Positions 60,278 through 64,000 of a stretch of DNA of 64,000 nucleotides are shown here, piece by piece. The first letter of the stretch is position 1. Each line of letters starts with the position of its first letter. The notes below the pieces were generated by a model that saw only the letters and a program-made list of their open reading frames with translations, did not search any database and was not told the origin of the DNA. Made by a program: the position numbers and the translations under genes. This DNA is from an uncultured Chloroflexia bacterium (GTDB lineage: Bacteria > Chloroflexota > Limnocylindria > Limnocylindrales > CSP1-4), in the NCBI GenBank assembly GCA_963795645.1, contig CAWCIK010000005.1, positions 216,554 to 280,553 on the forward strand, in the 5' to 3' direction.

Positions 60278-60307
60278 AGACTAGGGCAGCCGGGCGGCGG
60301 TTGTCAA
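60278..60307 (-). promoter_or_regulatory. Candidate sigma-70-type groES promoter (TTGACA-18 nt-TAGTCT) immediately upstream of CIRCE
   Basis: The reverse strand reads GCTTGACGCTTGACAaccgccgcccggctgcccTAGTCTgCTAGCACTC... Confidence 0.45.
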
Positions 60308-60330
60308 GCGTCAAGCGACGAGAGGCAGAG

Positions 60331-61240
60331 GTGACGTTTCTCGATCGTCGCGCGTGATCCGCTAACGGGCGATCTGGGCGTCGCGGTGGCGTCGAAGTTC
60401 CTGGCCGTGGGCGCCGTCGTGCCCCATGCCCAGGCGGGCGTCGGCGCCGTGGCGACGCAGTCCGCTGGCGAACGTCCGCTACGGCGCCGACGGGCTGGCG
60501 CTGCTGGCGCCAGGGAGCCCGGGCAGACGCCGTCGCCGCCCAGCTGACGGGCGCCGATGACGGCCGTGACCAGCGCCAGCTGGGCGTCGTCGACGCCGCT
60601 CGGAGGCGGCCACCTACACCGGCAGCGCGTGCATTCGTGGGCCGGCGGACGCACGGCCGACAACGTCGCGCGCAGGGCAACATCCTCGCCCGGCGCGACG
60701 TGGTCGACGCCTGTTCGAAACGTTCATCGCCGGCGGCGCGGCGTTCCCCGAGCTGCTGTTGCGCGCGCTCAAGGCGGCCGACGCGGCTGGTGGCGACAGG
60801 CGCGGCCGCCAATCGGCGGCGTTGCTCGTCGTCCGCAGAGGCGGCGGCTACGGCGGCGGCACTGATCGCTGGATCGACCTGCGCGTCGACGATCACCCGG
60901 CGCCGGTCGACGAGCTGGTGCGGCTGCTCGAGCTGAACCACCTTTACCTGGACCGCCCCGCGGTCGAGCGATCTGCTGCCGATCGATGACGCGCCTCGCG
61001 GCCGAGATGCAGCGGCTGCTCGAACAGGCCGGCTACACGCCGGCGACGATCAGCCGCGGCGGCGGCCTGGCCGAGACTCTTCGAAGTGGGCCTGCAGCGA
61101 ACCGGCGAGCCGCGCGAGCTGCCGACGACTGGGACGGTGCGCTGGGCGAACGGCGCTGACGGAGTGGATGTCGGTCGAGAACCTCGAGGAGCGCGCCGCG
61201 GCCGCGGGCTGGATCGACCCACGCGTGGTCGAGTTCATGC
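60331..61240 (+). pseudogene. DUF1028 (Ntn-hydrolase-like) family protein with C-terminal peptidoglycan-binding-like region, many frameshifts as assembled; 3' end undefined
   Basis: GTG at 60331 gives VTF, then [41 protein letters not shown] in another frame. Later fragments include [48 protein letters not shown] and ENLEERAAAAGWIDPRVVEF. At least 6 frame switches are needed. Confidence 0.55.
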
Positions 61241-62030
61241 GTCGCCGCGGCGCCGGAGCGCCGGCAGAGCGAGCAGGTCGACCCGCGCATCGAGCGCACA
61301 TACCGAGTCCGCTTCGACGAAGCCGGTCCGGACGGAATGCTGCGCGAGTCGGCGGCTACCTGCGCTTCGCCCAGGATCTGGCCTGGATCCACTCCGAGAG
61401 CGCCGGCTTCGGCCGCGAGTGGTACGGCGAGCGAGGCCTGATATGGCTCGTGCGCAGCGTCGAGCTCGACGTCCTCGAGGACATCGAGTACGGGACGGAG
61501 GTTCTCGTCTCGACCGAGGTAATCGGCTTCCGCCGCGTGGTCGCTCGGCGGCGGAGCGAGTTCGGCTGCCTGGCTCCGAGCGCGTCGTCGCTGCCGCATT
61601 CACCGACTGGGTGCTGCTCAACGACGCTGGCCGCCCCGTGCGGCCGCCGGACGAAATCCCCGAGGCTTTCGGCAGCAAGAGCGACTTTACGCCGCTGCGC
61701 GTCAATCCGGCGGTTCGGCACCCGACGCAACGAGCGAACCTTCGTCGTCAGGCGGAGCGAAACGGACCCGATGGCGCACGTCAACAACGCCGGCTACCTC
61801 GACTATCTCGACGAGCAGTACATGACCATGTACGAGGCTCCGATCGATGCCCGGCTGCCGATTCCGCGGCGCTATCGAGCCGAGTTCGTGGGTTCGGCCA
61901 CGCCCGGACTCGGCTGACAGGGCGGGGCTGGCCGGAGGCCCGGCGTGGGCCTACCAGATGGCCGACGAAGGCGGCCGAGAGCTGTTCCGGGCGACTCTCG
62001 ACGTCGACCCGGCCAGTGGGTCGGCGGCTG
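61236..62030 (+). pseudogene. Acyl-ACP/acyl-CoA thioesterase-like (double hot-dog) protein, several frameshifts as assembled; both ends approximate
   Basis: Fragments lie in three frames: ERTYRVRFDEAGPDGMLRES, YLRFAQDLAWIHSESAGFGREWYGERGLIWLVRSVELDVLEDIEYGTEVLVSTEVIGFRRV, AAAFTDWVLLNDAGRPVRPPDEIPEAF, ERTFVVRRSETDPMAHVNNAGYLDYLDE and WAYQMADEGGRELFRATLDV. Confidence 0.45.
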
Positions 62031-62121
62031 AAGATCGCGGCGTTGCGAAACGGAGCCGCCATGCCTGGCGGATGTCAGCCATAAGACGTCGAGGTTGTCA
62101 GCTGGCTGCTCGGCCCAGGTG

Positions 62122-62917
62122 TCAGATTCCGGTTGAGGCACGGCCCCTGAAGCGCGCGTCGTAGTTGGCGACGAGCTGCGGGCCGAGCGACGTCCACTCA
62201 ACCTGGCCGCGCTGCTCGGCCAGCCACTGGGCCGTCACCGCCACCCATTCAGGCGCGTTGCGCCGCTTGGGCGCGCCCGGCGGTGCGAGATACGGGCAAT
62301 CGGTCTCGACAAGCAGGCGATCGGCGGGAACCCGTCGAGCAACCTCCGCGCTGGCTTCCTCCCCCGTGCGAAAGGCAAGACCCGAGAAACTGATCGCCAG
62401 TCCCATCTCGAGCGCTCGCTCGGCGTAATCGAGCGGTCCGGAGAACGAGTGCAGGCAGCGCCGGCGGCCGCCCGGCTGCGTCGATCTCGCTCAGCAGGTC
62501 GTCCTGCGCGTCGCGCTGGCCCGGCTTGGAGCGGCAGTGCAGTATCGCGGGCTTGGCCAACTCAGTCGCCAGCGCAAGGTGGCGGCGCAGATTGGCCAGC
62601 TGGTCGTCGCGCGGCGAGAAGCCGCGGTCGTAGTCGAGGCCGGTTTCGCCGATCGCGACGACAGTTGGGTCGCGCGCGAGATCGGCGATTGACGCGAAGT
62701 CCCGGTCACTGTCGCGCGCCACGTGCGGATGAATGCCGACGCCGGCGTCGAGCCCAAATTCGGCACAAACAGCTAACGCGGCACGCGACGAGGGAAGATC
62801 CCAGCCCGGGACGAGCATGCGCTCGACGCCGGCGTCGCGTGCCGCGCTGATTACCTCGGATCGATCCGAATCGAACGCGTCCGCCTGAACGTGGGCGTGC
62901 GCGTCGATCAGGCGCAT
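62122..62917 (-). pseudogene. tatD: TatD-family metal-dependent hydrolase (DNase), one frameshift as assembled
   Basis: The N-terminal part LIDAHAHVQ ... VAIGETGLDY ... PAILHCR is in ORF 62249..62917. The continuation CLHSFSGPLDYAERALEMGLAISFSG ... LLVETDCPYLAP is in the frame of ORF 62122..62406. The switch is in the GC-rich run near 62470. Confidence 0.8.
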
Positions 62918-62918
62918 G

Positions 62919-63290
62919 TCATGCCTGTTCGGGCAAGCCCTCGAACAGCCCGAGCTCCGTGCCCTCGCTGTCGTCGATTACCGCGAACCAGCCCCAGCCC
63001 TGGATCTCCGTGCGTGTCGTCTTGACCTTGCCGCCGAGCTCGGGAACTCGCGCTAGCACCGGGTCGATCGAGTCGACCTCGACGTATACGCGCAGGTTCT
63101 CGGCGATGTCAGTGCCACGCTTGCCAATTGCGCCGCCGGCGCCCTTGATCTCGCCGAAGCTGAACAGAAAGTAGCCGGGCATGCCGTCGATCTCGTTGGT
63201 CTCGATCCCGAACAGCTCGCTATAGAAGCGCCGCGCGCGGTCGACATCGTCGGCGGGGATCTCGATGTGGGTGATTTGTCCGTGTGCCAT
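62919..63290 (-). CDS. VOC (glyoxalase) family protein
   Basis: I use the internal Met at 63290: MAHGQITHIEIPADDVDRARRFYSELFG ... WFAVIDDSEGTELGLFE. Confidence 0.8.
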   Translation of the reverse strand: MAHGQITHIEIPADDVDRARRFYSELFGIETNEIDGMPGYFLFSFGEIKGAGGAIGKRGTDIAENLRVYVEVDSIDPVLARVPELGGKVKTTRTEIQGWGWFAVIDDSEGTELGLFEGLPEQA

Positions 63291-63319
63291 GGTCAGCACC
63301 TCCTTCGCAATGACAACGA

Positions 63320-64000
63320 TCAGGCCGTTTCGTTTTCGACACGGGGGAACAGAATTTCCGAACTGCCAATTCTTCCGCCGCGCGGTGTGCTGCCCCACGC
63401 AACGGCCTCATCGAGTGGGGCCCCGGCGCTGCCGTTGTCGTCGTACGCGTACTCGAGGCCGAGCTGTTGCTGCACGCGCTTGGCCGCGCCGGGCATGAAC
63501 GGCGCTGCCGCGAGCGAGATCACGCGGCAGGCCTCCAGGAGATCTCCAAGAGCGCCGCGGAGTCGGTCGGCCGCCTGCGTGTCACCCTCTTTCGCTTGCT
63601 TGGCCAGAGCCCACGGCTGCTCGCGGTCGACGAACCGATTTGCCTCGCCAACGAACCCCCATACGGAGGCCAGCGCCTCGTGGAGCAGGAAGGCGTCCAT
63701 GGCCGAGCCATATGCCGTCCATGCCCGCGCCCAGGCGTCCGCGAGCTCGCCCGTGGTCGGGGCCGGGCGCTCACCGTCGAGATAACGGCCGACCATGTTC
63801 AGCGTGCGGTTGAGCAGGTTGCCGAAGTCGTTGGCAAGGTCGGCGTTATAGCGCCGGACGAAGCCGTCGTATGAGACATCGGCATCACGGTCGAAGGGGA
63901 CCTCGCGGAGCACGGCATAGCGCACGCCATCGACACCCATCAGATCTGACATCTGCTCCGGATCGAGAACGTTGCCCTGAGTCTTGCTCATCTTGGCGCC
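63320..64000 (-). CDS. metG: Methionyl-tRNA synthetase, C-terminal part (gene continues beyond the right edge)
   Basis: Contains the KMSKS-loop region AKMSKTQGNVLDP, then the anticodon-binding helical domain (RYAVLREVPFDRDADVS, NDFGNLLNR, NRFVDREQPW). Confidence 0.88.
   Translation of the reverse strand, partial: GAKMSKTQGNVLDPEQMSDLMGVDGVRYAVLREVPFDRDADVSYDGFVRRYNADLANDFGNLLNRTLNMVGRYLDGERPAPTTGELADAWARAWTAYGSAMDAFLLHEALASVWGFVGEANRFVDREQPWALAKQAKEGDTQAADRLRGALGDLLEACRVISLAAAPFMPGAAKRVQQQLGLEYAYDDNGSAGAPLDEAVAWGSTPRGGRIGSSEILFPRVENETA

Overview
This is a high-GC (by eye about two-thirds G+C), gene-dense chromosomal segment made almost entirely of housekeeping genes on both strands.

Gene order, left to right:
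- the 5' end of uvrB, an orphan CpaB-like SAF protein, a VOC protein, coaE, an ABC-F ATPase and mutM
- PadR with a membrane partner, polA, an ECF sigma/anti-sigma pair, tRNA-Leu(CAA) and dnaE
- a translationally coupled CMD-CRTAC1-M24 operon, a polytopic membrane protein and an SDR
- a ROK-xylFHG-xylA-xylB xylose locus, a Gfo/Idh/MocA oxidoreductase, an aldose epimerase, a small metallopeptidase and plsC
- a response-regulator/HD-GYP gene, a BMP-type ABC importer (4 genes) and a CoA-binding protein
- gatB coupled to a 2-TM protein and a SAM methyltransferase, a septum-formation-type lipoprotein and an aminotransferase
- a secreted triple-repeat protein, gatA-gatC, a cupin, ligA, a four-repeat YbaY-like envelope protein and pcrA
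- a small lipoprotein/membrane cluster, a PH-SHOCT protein, groES-groEL with a CIRCE operator, DUF1028, a thioesterase, tatD, a VOC protein and the 3' part of metG

The synteny (uvrB-coaE-polA; ligA-gatC-gatA with gatB nearby) resembles Actinomycetota or a related high-GC lineage. Taxonomy cannot be fixed from this window alone.

I saw no CRISPR array, transposase, integrase, phage module, toxin-antitoxin pair or recognisable defence system, and I do not claim a new multi-gene system.

The most conspicuous anomaly is that reading frames are broken many times in three blocks, roughly 22.2-28.9 kb, 48.0-50.8 kb and 58.4-62.5 kb. These blocks hit essential genes (ligA, groEL), while neighbouring genes (dnaE, gatCAB, pcrA, the BMP transporter) are intact. 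The blocks ignore gene boundaries, and the two isolated breaks (polA, anti-sigma) sit in 3-nt homopolymers. I therefore read most of this as assembly or consensus indel error rather than biology, but it needs checking.

Other items worth a second look:
- a perfect TAGAAC-N4-GTTCTA palindrome overlapping a -10 element upstream of dnaE
- a secreted protein built of three copies of an unassigned two-cysteine domain
- a four-repeat YbaY-like anchored protein
- several tightly coupled operons of unclear logic
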